DNA of 64,000 bases, from the NCBI GenBank assembly GCA_963693365.1, contig CAVNZM010000005.1, positions 5,463,167-5,527,166 on the forward strand. Direction: 5' to 3'. The notes under the pieces were generated by a model. That model had not been told where the DNA came from. It searched no databases and saw only the letters and a list, made by a program, of their open reading frames with translations. A program made the position numbers and the translations under genes. Below are positions 40,412-53,390 of the stretch, one piece after another; within the stretch, counting starts at the first letter, position 1, and every line of letters begins with the position of its first letter. Source of the stretch: Amoebidium appalachense (lineage: Eukaryota > Protista > Ichthyosporea).

Positions 40412-40506
40412 TGGCTGACCACATGGGCCAGTGTTCCAGTTGTGTTATGCTGGGTGTCGGGTGGCTATCAAAGGAGGGGGTGATTGGTGGTGGTGGTGGT
40501 GGTGGT

Positions 40507-40537
<31 letters not shown>

Positions 40538-41586
40538 CTATAGCACTGTTAACACGTGCAAGTGCCACACAAGCTGGGCACTGGGAGAGGGGGGGGGGGG
40601 GAGGGAGAAGGGGGGGGGGGGGGGGGGGGGGGGGGAAGGGGGTTGCTAAGGAATATGCATTTGATTTTTGTGGAGCGAAGAGAAAAACGTTGGTGCTGTG
40701 GCTTTTTGGCTGAGTTTTTTGCTTCCCTCTATGACATGCAGCGCGGCTTCATGCAAAGGCACTCGGTGAAGGGGTTGAGATTGTGCCCCGGCGGGGCCCA
40801 CATGCTGCAGCAGCCACCGGGGTGGTGCTGGCTGTGCAGCCGGAGCGCTGGGGGGGCATGAAGGTGGGCAAGAAGCATGCAGTGGTGCGGGTGGATCAGG
40901 TGCTGTCGCCGGCCATGCAGGTGCCCTTTGGCCCCGACAAGGGCAAGACCCTGGGAGAGCTGGGCCCGCCGCCCTTTGAGCTGATGGTGCACCTGCAGTG
41001 GCTACGGCCCATTCAGCCCCCACCGGACCCAGGTGCCGAGGTGCCGGTGGTCCCTGACCCAGCCCCTCCCCCTGCCAGTCCTCCCCCTGCCGAGCAGCAG
41101 CAACCCCTTGCCGGCCCACAGGCACCCCCCCAGGACCCCCAGGCAGCCCCGGGGGGCCTTGAGGCAGCCCCAGGGGGACCCGAGGCAGCTCCCAGAGAGG
41201 GCATGTTGGGCCAGGCACCGCCTGGGGAGGTGGTGTGGCAGACTGTGCTGAATGACGCCTTCCACTCCATTGCAAACACGGCGGACGGCACGTACAAGTC
41301 ACACCCCCGCAGGGCTGAGTACGCACGCGCACTCAGCGAGGCAATATTTGTGTGGAATGAAGAGGATTACGGACATGTGAAGGTGCCCCCCCCCCCTCCC
41401 CCCCCCCCAAAATAAAAAATAAAAAATAAAAATAAAAAAAACGGCAACAACAACATGCGTGACTGACGCGCACACACACATACACTCGTTAGCACACACT
41501 CACCATTCCACCCACAACCATGCACACCTTCGACAAAACTTCTGAGGGAAGAGAGAGAGCCTGAGCCTCAGAGAGAGGGGGGGGAA

Positions 41587-41621
<35 letters not shown>

Positions 41622-42206
41622 GGGGGGGGGAGGGGGGGGAGGAGAGTGGGGGTTATTCATATGCCTAGAGAGAAATAATGTAGGGTTGTGGGGGGAAATA
41701 GCCACATGCATTTTTTACTTGTGTTGGGGGAGAAGATGGGGGGGGTGGAGGGGAGGGGTCCTACAATAACGGCAGGTATCAAAGTCTACCAAACCCAAAT
41801 TGCAGTGTGCGTAGTAAATTAATATTGGCATCCTGCCTCACAGGGGGTGCTGGAGCAGAAGGGCATCGACATTGAAACCGAGCTCAAGGGCGGCGACCTG
41901 AGCTACTTCATGGAGCGCATCCGGCGGGTTATTCCCGACCCATACACGCTGGTCTCGCGGCTGGTGGAGTTCAAAAACACCTACAAGGATGTGCCGCCCG
42001 GACCGGATGGCAAGCCTCTGTTCAAGAAGGATGGCTTTGAAAGACTCGAGGCAACATCCCCCCCCCCCCCCTCCCCCTGCAGGCGCCCAACAACTCCACC
42101 ACCACAGAAAAGATTCTTCGCTTATTTGTCATCCTTGGTTCATCTGCACACACACGCACACCCTAGCCTCCCCCCCCCCCCCCCCCCCTCCCCCCCCCCC
42201 AAACAT

Positions 42207-42284
<78 letters not shown>

Positions 42285-42369
42285 CCCGCACGGCCCTTGC
42301 TGCCTAGCCAGTTGTTTTTTGCCTTTCCCTGCTCGTTTTTTTCCTTAGCAACCCCATCCCCCCCCCCCC

Positions 42370-42400
<31 letters not shown>

Positions 42401-44069
42401 ACACACATACACACACACTACCACCACCACCACCCACCCATCTCTCTGATGTTTGCTTGTGCCCCCACAGTCGCTGCTCGAACACGCCCAAAATGGCTGT
42501 CTGTCGGACCCCCCCGGCCTGCCCCTCTACTACGAGACCACTGCCGACGCAGATGGGCTCATGCGCTACCGCTGCATCCGGGGCACCAACGAGGTGGAGG
42601 GGGCAGTGCACAACCCCCTGGCCACCCACTTTGGGGCCACACGCATGTCGCTGCGCCTGCTGGACGCCACCATGTCCAATAGGCGCCACCGCCACAACCT
42701 GCGTGCACACTACCGCAACCGCCTGGGCCAGGCATCGGGGGCCCCCCACTACAGCCCCTGGATTGTTGACGACATGGAGGCACTGGCGCTGATGCTGTAC
42801 GGCCATCACCTCGACCCCCAGTGGGTACCCGTAGGCTGCTACAAGCTACCGGAGGAGTACTTCAACTTTGCCCCGCTCTCCTGTGTGGCCAATGCCCCGG
42901 CGCAGGAGCCAGTTGCGGTGCCCGCACCCCCACCTCCGTCTGATAACATCGAGCCTGCAGCCAATGGCGTGATGGGCGGGCCAGAGGACTGTGAGGTCGA
43001 GGAGGGTGACGGTGCTGCCATGGGGGGGGGCAACCAGGTGGCGCGTGGTGCACCACAGCCGGACCCTGCACTGAGGGGCGACTACAAGTTCCTGGCGCAG
43101 AAGCAACATGTGGCCATCCCCTTCCTTCCGGTGCTTACCCCTCAGGAGCGCAAGCTATTCAGCACGCTGCTCCTGGGCACCTACAAGGCACATGCAAAGC
43201 CCAACGGCCAGCTGTTCGAGGCTTTGGCCCAAGACTTCAACAAGGCTGCCTCTGTGGCTGGGGGAATCTACATGAAGGATGCGGCCTACATCAAGAAGCA
43301 TTTCGACAAGTGGAAGACCTGGCAGACGGCACATGCACAGCGCTCCACACACGAGGGCCTGGCAGATCACCGCAAGCGTATGCGCGAGGAGAGGGCAGAC
43401 GCTGTGCCAGCAACCATACGGCCTGCCCCCTTGCCACCCCTCCCTGTTCCAGACGGTGTCGATGCAGGGGCGCAGCGTGAGCGGCCCTTGCCCATGCTAG
43501 TGGGCAAAAAGCATCGCAACATTGGCCCTGAGGGGCCCCTGCAGATGGATTTGCCGGTGCCCCCTCCTATGCAGCCACCCCAGAGAGCCCCCAAGACCTG
43601 CAAGACGTGTGGCCGCCAGGGCAAGGGCTGCCCCGGCTCCAATCGGGCCAAGAGCTGCCCACGTTGGGTTGCAGCCAATCAGGATGCCATGCCACCAGCA
43701 CCCGCGCTTGACATGCAGCAGGGCCATGTGCCGCACATGCCCCCTGCACCCCATCCAGGCCCGCACCACCCACATGGCTGGCCCCCACCGTGGGGCATCA
43801 TGCCGCCTCAGCCCGGCCCTGCCTTCCCCATGCCTGGGCTACTGCCGCAGCACGGTCCCCATCCTTACTTGGGCCATGTGGGCCAGCCCTCGGCTGGTGG
43901 GCAGTTCCCACCCCCTTCTCGTGCATCTGCTGTGCTGGGCCTGGCGTTGCCACCTGCTGGAGAGACGCAGCTGCAATGGCACGATCGAAAGCAAAGTAAT
44001 CGTGGCCGCAAGTCTGCAGGCAGCCAATCAGGATCTCAGAGTAGTCAGAGTAGCCAAACTAGTGTCTAA
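36156..44069 (+). CDS. Mutator/IS256-like DDE transposase with embedded WRN/EXD2-type 3'-5' exonuclease (~1540 aa, 6 exons, one +1 frameshift in a C6 run)
   Basis: Exons 36156-37306, 38285-38473, 39453-40283, 40742-41382, 41844-42050, 42471-44069, phase-consistent after removing one C at 36953-36958. Motifs: RRVIDFDSCYYIITARYFCDTC..LP..QFPAYLSHRSG (DUF6729-like, from memory); D1 LKADHTF..VNELGEI; D2 FYTDRCCQD; DxxH LNDAFH; GCLSDP; E RGTNEVEGAVH; C-terminal helical region and CKTC..C..C. Confidence 0.8.
39060..39365. repeat. ~40-bp G-rich minisatellite in transposase intron 2
   Basis: GTGGGCACATGGGTTTGGGGGGAAGG..GGAAAGGATT repeated about 7 times. Confidence 0.75.
39720..40262 (+). other. DEDDy 3'-5' exonuclease domain (DNA_pol_A_exo1/WRN-like) within transposase exon 3
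   Basis: ExoI VGLDCEW, LQIAT..VYIFHL, ExoII IIKVGKQIGTD, RCSNW..PLS..Q, ExoIII YAALDA; all catalytic positions intact. Confidence 0.92.
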
Positions 44070-44155
44070 TATTGGAATGTACACCAATGTAACGGATCTC
44101 ATATGTGTTGTAGTGCTTCAAGTTATACCTGTTCTTCGTACAGTCATGTTAGGGG

Positions 44156-44190
<35 letters not shown>

Positions 44191-44516
44191 CTAGCTTTCA
44201 TTCCGAAGTTTACTGTAAAGAATTAAAATTTAGAATCTGAGTAATAGTACAGAGCCTTTGCACTTTTCTCTGTTTGTTAGGAATTCTTTGTGATCGAGAG
44301 TATGGTGTGTTAGACTATTGGTGTTAATGTGTCCTGGAAGGTGTATAATGTCTGCTGGCCGTAGTCAGTATCTATTTTTAGGTATATAGTATATTTTTAA
44401 ATGTTGGCCGCTGGCCAATAAATAGCAAATAATAAACACACGATAAAGTCAACAGCGTGCCAAAAAACTAATCCCCAGCGAGCGCACCCAGTGATGTGTG
44501 TGTGTGTGTGTGTGTC

Positions 44517-44560
<44 letters not shown>

Positions 44561-45890
44561 CGCGCGCGTGCGTGCGTGTGTGTGTGTGTGTGCGTGCGTG
44601 CGTGCGTGTGTGCGTGTGTGCGTGTGTGCGTGTGTGCGTGTGTGTGTGTGAGTGTGTGTGTGTGTGTGTGTATGTGTGGTGTGGTGTGTGCGCGGCTTGT
44701 ACATATGTACGTGTTCATGTGCACCTGTGTCGGACCTACGAAGTACATGAAAGTAAATTTTGACAGCATCGATCTGCCGGTGTGTATGTGTATGTGTGCC
44801 AGTGCAGCAGGTGTGCCTTGTAACTGATAGCTTCGCATTTTACGTGTGTGTATATATAGTAGTACGCATAGACACTTGCTGATCATTCGGATCGACATTA
44901 ATATTTAATCTGTCGGTCCTCGGTTTTTTGAGTGAATGATGATCAAGTGTAAGAGCATTCACTTGGCAAGTATTAATGTTGCAGAGGCTAGCTGCAGCTG
45001 CAAGCGTCGGATGCACACTGACAATTGTCTTTTCAGCGAGTCTAACCTGCAGGCAGCAGCTGCACACATATAGGGTTGTTATCTTGCGGCACATGCACGG
45101 TGATCATTTCAGAGTAATAGAGTTCAGAGCAATGAAAATAATGAAAATAACTAAACTTTGTGACTACTTTAAAGTTGCTGAGATCATACGTGGTGCAAGC
45201 TGCACTATGAACACATGTATAGTGCTAGTAATTAATACATTTTTGTTGCCTTCTGCAGGGTTATCGTAGCTACGTCACGGCCTGCACTCAGGGGGGGGGG
45301 GGGGGGGGGGGGGGGGGGATGATTCGAAGGGGGTATAAATAAGAACATGCACCTAAAGGTCTTTCCCGTGGATCCTCCCCCCCCCCCCCCCCACCTCTCC
45401 CTCCCCCGGGGCCCCATACTATGATATCTAGGCCCAATATTATATGCCCCCTTCCCCCCCCCCCCCCCCCCTCCTCTCCGGATCCCCGGACCCCACTTCC
45501 CTACCCGGAGGCTCAAGAGCTCCCCCCTTCCCCTTCCCCCCCTCCCCCCCCCCCCCCCCCCCCCCCAAGGCTTACGGGGGCCCTTCTTCATCGAGGGGGA
45601 GGGGGTGGGGGGGGGGGGGTGGGGGGAGGGGGTGGGGGGGAGGGAAGTGGAAGGCGGGGGTGGATGCATGTCAGCCTAGGTGAATTCAATTGTTTAACTC
45701 CAGTGTGCAGGACTGGTCTGAAGGCTTAAGAAAACAACGAGGAAATGGGGTCCAGTGGAGGTGGTGGTGGTGTTCTGTGTGTGTGTGTACACGTGCACGT
45801 ATGTGTGTGGTTTTTTCAAGGGGTGAGTGGTGGTGGTGGTGGTGGTGGTGGTCACCGTGGTGGTGGTGTGTGTGTCTGGTGTGTGTGTGT

Positions 45891-45941
<51 letters not shown>

Positions 45942-47474
45942 TAGAAAGAAAAACTGCTCGTGGGTCACTGTTTTTCGTCACTGTATTTGTAACGGGCCGC
46001 TCATATTTATATAACTACTTTAATTTAAGTACACGTGTTCATTATCATATACGATGGCCAAATATAGAAATTTTGGCGTCGAAGTTCTTGGAGCTAAAAA
46101 AACGTTTAAAAGGGGGAAATAATAGCTTGGCCCCAAATTTACCTTGCCGTTTTTAGCGAATGTATTTTTTATTCATGAGTTCTAGTGATTCAGTGAGTGC
46201 ACGTGCCTGCCTCAGGCTGATCATGACAACTGCAACACACCATTCCTACATGGATATCAACCAAAAGAAAATAGTATATACTGTGGTGGTCTCCTAAACC
46301 TTGTGCGGCATGCGCATACATGATATTACAGTGACGCATGTGCATATTATTGTTCTGTACACCGGAGTGTGCCGGTGCACGTGGCTGTTTTGTGCACATG
46401 TTACAATAGCAGCACGATCTCCCTAAACTCCATGTTTACACATCCCTCACCCTGGCTCTGCCTTGTCGGTGCTCCAAAACACACATACAAATCCCCCTAG
46501 ACTCAGTGCCTGCACATGGTCGCATTCACGTGCAGGTCACGTGACACATGCGATGCCATACTGCCGTCTACAGCAACAACCACGGCAGCATGTATACCGG
46601 CCCAGCACGAAATATACTTATCGGCAGCCCACTGAACTCGCCCATTTTCTCTTTTTCATGTATGTCCCTCCTTTTTTGTAAAATCACCCTTTTTGGCCTC
46701 CCGGTAGTGGATTTTGCAGGATTTGACTTCTTTGAGGTCCAAAAACCTCAAATTTTCCCCGGCGGGGCCGGGGAGGGAGAATTCAAAAATTGCCCGCTCC
46801 TGATATGGTACCCGGGCCCCAAAAAAAGCTTTTGTACAGAAAATTACCTTCCAAATATGGGGTACCGGCATGGCCATAAATGGCTAATCTTGGCTCCGTC
46901 CCCCCGCTCGGATCAGAAAAACTTGAGACTTAGACCTACATATCAGTGCAATCAGTAAACAGCAGCATCAGTTTCTACCATTTGATGTAGGACACGCTTA
47001 TTACTGACTTCCAAAAAAGCATGTTATCACATGTGTTCGCTGTAATATTCATTATTGATCAATATGGCAGACGTCGACTCCCTGGCGTATATATCATCTG
47101 GGCCGGCACAATTTCGTTAAATGAAGAGTTAATGTATGTGAGAAAGCAGCATGAACATGTAAAAAAAAGGTTGCAAAGCCGCCTGCGAATTTACCCCCTC
47201 CTCCCCCTCCCCACCGGTAACCCCCCCTCCCCCCCCCCCCCTCCCCCCCCCCCAAAAAAAAAAAAAGGGCAGCTGGAAAAGGAGGGGGGGGGGGGGTTCT
47301 GAGTTGATGAGGTAAAGGGAAGGAGGGGTGTTCTGTGGTCTGCCTTCTATTTCATTCTCTTTTCTTGGTTCGTTTTTTTCTTTTTTCCTTTTTTTTTTCC
47401 CCTCTCACTTTTTCTTCCTTTTTTTTTGTCTGTGGAGGGACCCCGGGGGGAAGCTCAAGGAGACGGGGGAAGTG

Positions 47475-47529
<55 letters not shown>

Positions 47530-47902
47530 GTCGGTATTTGTGCACCTGTGACAAGGGGGTTGTTCCGAATCGGGTGCCTAGCTTCCAACACATTTGCCAC
47601 CATCATGATGGGGATGTCTGCATATCATGGTCTGCGTTTAGAGCTTGTTGGTCACTGTGTTTAAACAATTGATTAATTTGCCGGGATTAAACAATTTATT
47701 GATTTGCCGGGATGATGCCGAGCATGTGTGTGCTTACAGTCTGGTTAGTAACACAGTTTTAGACAGTGTGGCTGTTACAGTATTTGATTCCACTGTTTGT
47801 AAAGTAGCCAGCATTGTTTGCTTGTTATTTTTGTGTGCTGCTTCTGCCCACTTTTCGTGTGTGTGTGTGTGACACTGTCACACAGTGTGTGTGTGCGCAC
47901 GC

Positions 47903-47993
<91 letters not shown>

Positions 47994-48160
47994 CGCGTGC
48001 GCGTATGTATGTGTGTGTCGACACAACTCACGTTGGGTTTCTCGAGCTCCCCTCCTCCCCCTCTCCCTCCCTCCTCCCCCTTCCCTCCTCAAACATACAC
48101 ACCGTATTACATAGCATAGTAAGAAAAAGGACGTGAAAAAAAAATAAAAAAGAAAGAAAA

Positions 48161-48191
<31 letters not shown>

Positions 48192-48607
48192 TAAAAAGAA
48201 AGAAGGAAGGAAGGAAATGAATTAGAAAGAAAGAAGGAAAGAAGGAACTGAAAGAAAGAAAGAAAAACAAAAGGAAAATACAAAACATAACCCGAGGACA
48301 TCTAAAAAAAAATAAAAAAATACAGATACTGTATATCACATGCACATGCACGCTGCAGGCACCCACACACTTCGGATGGCATAAGCAATCGACCTGACCG
48401 GCAAGAAGCACTACATTAGCGTGCACGTGTGTACTTGCCCCATGGGGATGGTGTGCCTACGCATCTCCTTCCGTACAACGTACGTGCGCAAAGCCAGATT
48501 TTCCGGAAAGTTGTGAATCACCATCCCATGATCTTGTTCGATGGATATGATGGGTAGCCAACCCCCCCTCTCCCCCCTCTCCCCCCCCCCCCCCCCCCCC
48601 AACATGC

Positions 48608-48640
<33 letters not shown>

Positions 48641-48641
48641 T

Positions 48642-48744
<103 letters not shown>

Positions 48745-48994
48745 CACACACAAACACATACACACACACACACACACACACATGCCCCCTCTCCCCCCCC
48801 CCCCCCCCCCCTTCTTCCCCCAACCCCCCCACCCCACCCACCCTTTTTCCCCTCCCCGACAAAAACAGGGGGGGGTAAATCTGATTTCTGACTAGTATAG
48901 TATATAGTATAGATCTAGAAACTGAAACCTTACGAGTCCCAGTGCTGCAGCATCAAAATCCCAAGTTGAACTCGGAAACTATGGACTAAGTGTG

Positions 48995-49418
48995 GCCCTC
49001 TGAAAGGGCCCAACCACATCGGCTGAGCCAACTTTCTCCGAGCAGAAATATTCTGCAAAAAGTAGAATTGTTCTGCAAAAAGCAGAAATGATATGCAAAA
49101 AGCAGAGTTATTCTGCTAAAAGCAGAATTATTGAGCAAACCCGGAATGATTCGGTAGTAGCAGAATCAAGCTGCTAAAGGCAGAATTAATTTGCTAAAAG
49201 CAGAATTATTCTGCAAAAAGCAGAGTTCTTCTGCTGTCGAAAGCAGAATTCTGCTTTTTGCAGAATAATTCTGCTAAAAGCAGAGTGATCCTGCTTTTGC
49301 GGAATAATTCTGCTAAAAGCAGAGTGGTTCTTCTTTTGCAGAATAATTCTGCTTTTGGACTGATAATTCTGCTTTTTGCAAGTTGACTTTGCCGATGTGG
49401 TTGGGTCCTTCTGAAGGC
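48995..49418. mobile_element. Foldback-type MITE with internal ~22-bp palindromic repeats
   Basis: CCCAACCACATCGGC..AGCCAACTT (from 49009) is inverted relative to AAGTTGACTTTGCCGATGTGGTTGGG (ending 49405). The interior is arrays of GCAGAATTATTCTGCAAAAA in both orientations. Confidence 0.75.
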
Positions 49419-50243
49419 TTTTGTGTAGATCTAGTGTATCATATTTGTGTGTACACATGCGAGAGCCTGTGCATGCATGTGTGCACGCTTTCGTTTTTTA
49501 GTTTTTATTCCCGTACGCGTTTTGTTGCCGGGGTGACCCCTTACAATAAGGGTCCATTTTGGGAGCCATCGTCTTTTTGTTGAAGCACCGATGGTACCTG
49601 AGCTAGAGTGCTAATGCATGCAATCAGCTAAGCTAACACACTTTTACTAATGATATCGACCGGCACACACTTAGCCCAGGACTTTTGCCCCAGCCTTGCT
49701 AATGGGGATCACCAGGCCTTGCCTCCAACCAAAAACTACTAATATATTTTAACGGAAACAAGCACTTCGAGTAATTGGTGCAACTGTACATGTGCTGCGG
49801 GAAGGTGGGGACGATGTGTGTGTGTGTATGATGTGTGTGTGACACTGTGTGTGTGTGTGACCGTGTGCACCACGGTGACACTGCGTGCACATGTGCACGT
49901 GTGTGTGCACGTGTGTGCACGTGCACACATGCATGTGTGTGTATGTGTTTGACGGGGTGTGTGTGTCTGTACGTGTGTATGTACGTTTGATATTGGTGTG
50001 TTAGCACATGTCTACGACGTGTGTGTGTGTGTGTGTGTACAGATGTGTGTTGACGGCCCTGCACGTGCACTGTGTGTACATATGGTCTTATGTTAGCACT
50101 GACGGTGTCAGTGTTCGTGTGACTTTGTGATCGTATGCTGCACGTCCATATGTACGCACACGTGCATCATGGTATTCTAAGTTATTCATTTATAATTACC
50201 GTAAGCATCATTAATAAAAGGTAATACTACAGTATTCAATGGT

Positions 50244-50296
<53 letters not shown>

Positions 50297-50336
50297 GTTT
50301 TTTTTTTTTTTTTGTTTTAAAAAAATTTTGGCGCAA

Positions 50337-50370
<34 letters not shown>

Positions 50371-50394
50371 GAGAGAGAGAGAGAGAGAGCCTCG

Positions 50395-50492
<98 letters not shown>

Positions 50493-50521
50493 CTAGGAGG
50501 GAGGGAGGGAGGGGAGGGGGG

Positions 50522-50571
<50 letters not shown>

Positions 50572-52089
50572 ATTGTGCGTGACAAGCATGATGGCAGGTA
50601 TTACTTGATCAATATTAGCCAATTATTTACGTGCCATTTTTGGCCGGTGAGGTGGCTAACCTTAAAAGGTAACCAGTTGGTTTGTCCCCTTTCTGGCTGA
50701 CGTTTTTGGCTGCAGCGCTGCCTGCAGGACTATTATTTCTATAAAACTTTCAGAAAATATGTAGACAACAGCCAAAAAAAGCGCTCTTGATGGGTGATAA
50801 CATTGCCACAAACTCAGCCAGTCCGAAAAACCATTATATGCGGGGGGAGAGGGGAATTTGAGCTACAAGCAGCCGTTGGTTTGCTTTTGAAGATGGAACT
50901 GCAGCTGAGGCAAGGCACACACACAACACATTATAAGCGACACAGAAAACAACATACCATCACCACACCACTAAATTTCATCACAACCCAAGTCACAACA
51001 AATTATTATTTGGACGAAAGCAGCATGAGCGCATAGATTGTGATAAGAGTGTTACGCTTGTACTGTCTGTAGGGCTCGTAGGTTTTCCAAAACAACCAAA
51101 AAGGGCTGTTGAGCCATTCTTTTATCTTCTCATATTTTGTATGTTGTATTATGTACAGGGACAAATACCATCAGCGCGTCATACATACTGCGCCCGGCAT
51201 TCACTTATATATATATATATACACAGTCACCCAACCGTAATGCGGAGCCAGTCCGCCCACTACATAAGCTGCTATAGTGCGATATTTGAAATTGGGTTGT
51301 GGCTTTTGGTGTTGGAAGGGGGGAAGGGGTGTACCTAAAAGGTTCGGTTAGCTAAGTTGGCACATGCACAGCACGGCCGTTTGTTTGGGCTGGTACTTTC
51401 CTCAACAACAACAACAACAAAAAAAAAAAAAAAAAAAAAAAAAAGGTAATTATATGGATGGTGTAGGTGTTGGTGATTAGAAAGCGGTAGCTTCAATCAT
51501 CATCCTAGAACAAGTTGATATCGTTTGCAAACAAAGTACATATCTGGATAGTGTAGGTGTTGTTGACCGGATACCCGAATATCCCACAATATAGCTATAA
51601 GAACAGCACGTGTGCTATAGCAGCTACAACCGAGCAATGTAGGTGTTGTTGCACTGAAAAATGGGATATCTCTATGATAGTAGCATAATATTCTCGCTTA
51701 CTGGGGGGCCCATACAGAGCCACAACCATAGACACATACATAATGCGCAAAGCTCTCACAGGTGGTGTGCATAGTCGAAACTAGTAGGAAAAGGTGCAAT
51801 AAAAAAGTGCACCGTCATTGCAAGCAAACTACCGTAGGTTAATCATCAAGGACCATATAGGCCCTCCCCCCTACCCCACACCCACAGGCTTACACACACA
51901 CACGCACACAAACACACACGCACACAACACCTGCACACACCTTACTGCCTACCACTTTCAAGTCGCATTGCTCATCCATTCACCAAACAAAAAGAACCGG
52001 TTCACCCATACCTTTTTTTCCCAACCACACACGGGGGGTACCGGTGCCCCACACAGCCTAAAGCCACATTGCCGGCCGCCGTCTTCCCC

Positions 52090-53332
52090 TCAGTAAACAC
52101 ACAGTTTCCGATTAGGCATCCGATCGTGCACGCCGCCCGCGCCCGCCGCCGGAAACAAATGATACGACAGGTTCTCCTGCGAGGTGCCTCCCTGCACGTG
52201 TGCCCCGGGGTGTTGGTCCCAAGCAACACTGAAGCAGTTGAAGGGAGGGTTGGAGTGGGAAAACAAACTGTATTGGGAGTCAAGCTCATACTGGACCATG
52301 GGGCTGTGGTTAAAGCCCCCGTCCGCATGCCCCCCGTACCTACCCTGATGTTGGTAATCGTAGGGGTTGTATTCCTCTTGTTCGTACGCAGACACGAGGT
52401 ATGGGTCGTGCCGGCGGTTGTTTCCATATCGGGGCACCATCACCTCCAACTCAACCTTTGGCTGCCTGTAAACCACGTTGTTGTTGTTGTTGTTGTTGCC
52501 TCTGTTGATGCAGGCTCGCATTGCTTCCCTCCCCTGCCGCCACCCGTATGTCTGCGGCAGCTGCTGATCAAGCGCCATGTGCGGTGCGTAGACTGGAGCA
52601 CCGTGTTCCATGTCTGCGTATGGTGCAAGCAGGGACATCTTCTCCCCGAGCCACTGCACCTCGTCCACGTACGGAGGGGTTTCAGTCGCGTATTCCGTCT
52701 CGTAATATGGGCTGGCGGACCGCATTTGCTGGTGTTGCAAGCGCATGTTGTGGTCGGCGGAGATGGCGTTCATAGGGGCATATGCTTGGGGTTTGTAATC
52801 CGTCGAAGAAGCACCGACATTGTGATAAGCCGCATAGTTGGGGGAAACGCCCGAATGGAGCGACGGCGGGAGGGTGCAGGTGGGGGGTAGCGTCGGGTTC
52901 ATGTAGAAAACACCGGCGGCATCCGCGGGAACGTAAGTGGGCGGGAACTGGGGCAGGGAGGGAACGTGCACGGCCATGGGTGGGTAGGAGACGTAGGGGG
53001 CAGGTGCGACAGAGACGGGTGGAAGAGCGTAGAAGGGGGTGGGGGGTTGGGGAGGCAGGAACCCAACTGGACTCGTCTCGTGAGGGTACTGGGCCATTGC
53101 ACGCTGGCCACGCCACCACCCAACAAGGGGCTCTTGCTCGTAGAGTACCTGTGGGCAATGATAAACAAGTGTTATTATTAGCTGCACTTCTTTTGATATG
53201 GGGGCTGACAACGGAGAGTCCCTCAGATAAGGCTAGCGAACGGCAACATGCTGAGAACGGGGAGGGCAATTAGACCAGGCGAAAAAACGGTTCCTGGCAC
53301 ATGCACCTGGAGCTCAACCGGGAATGAGACAG

Positions 53333-53390
<58 letters not shown>

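Noticed and set aside
45276-45715. Possible hAT-like MITE with CCTGCAC inverted ends
   Set aside because: Match is too short and gapped, and no TSD is present.
52069-52890. 273-aa plus-strand ORF
   Set aside because: Antisense shadow of the cyclin last exon.
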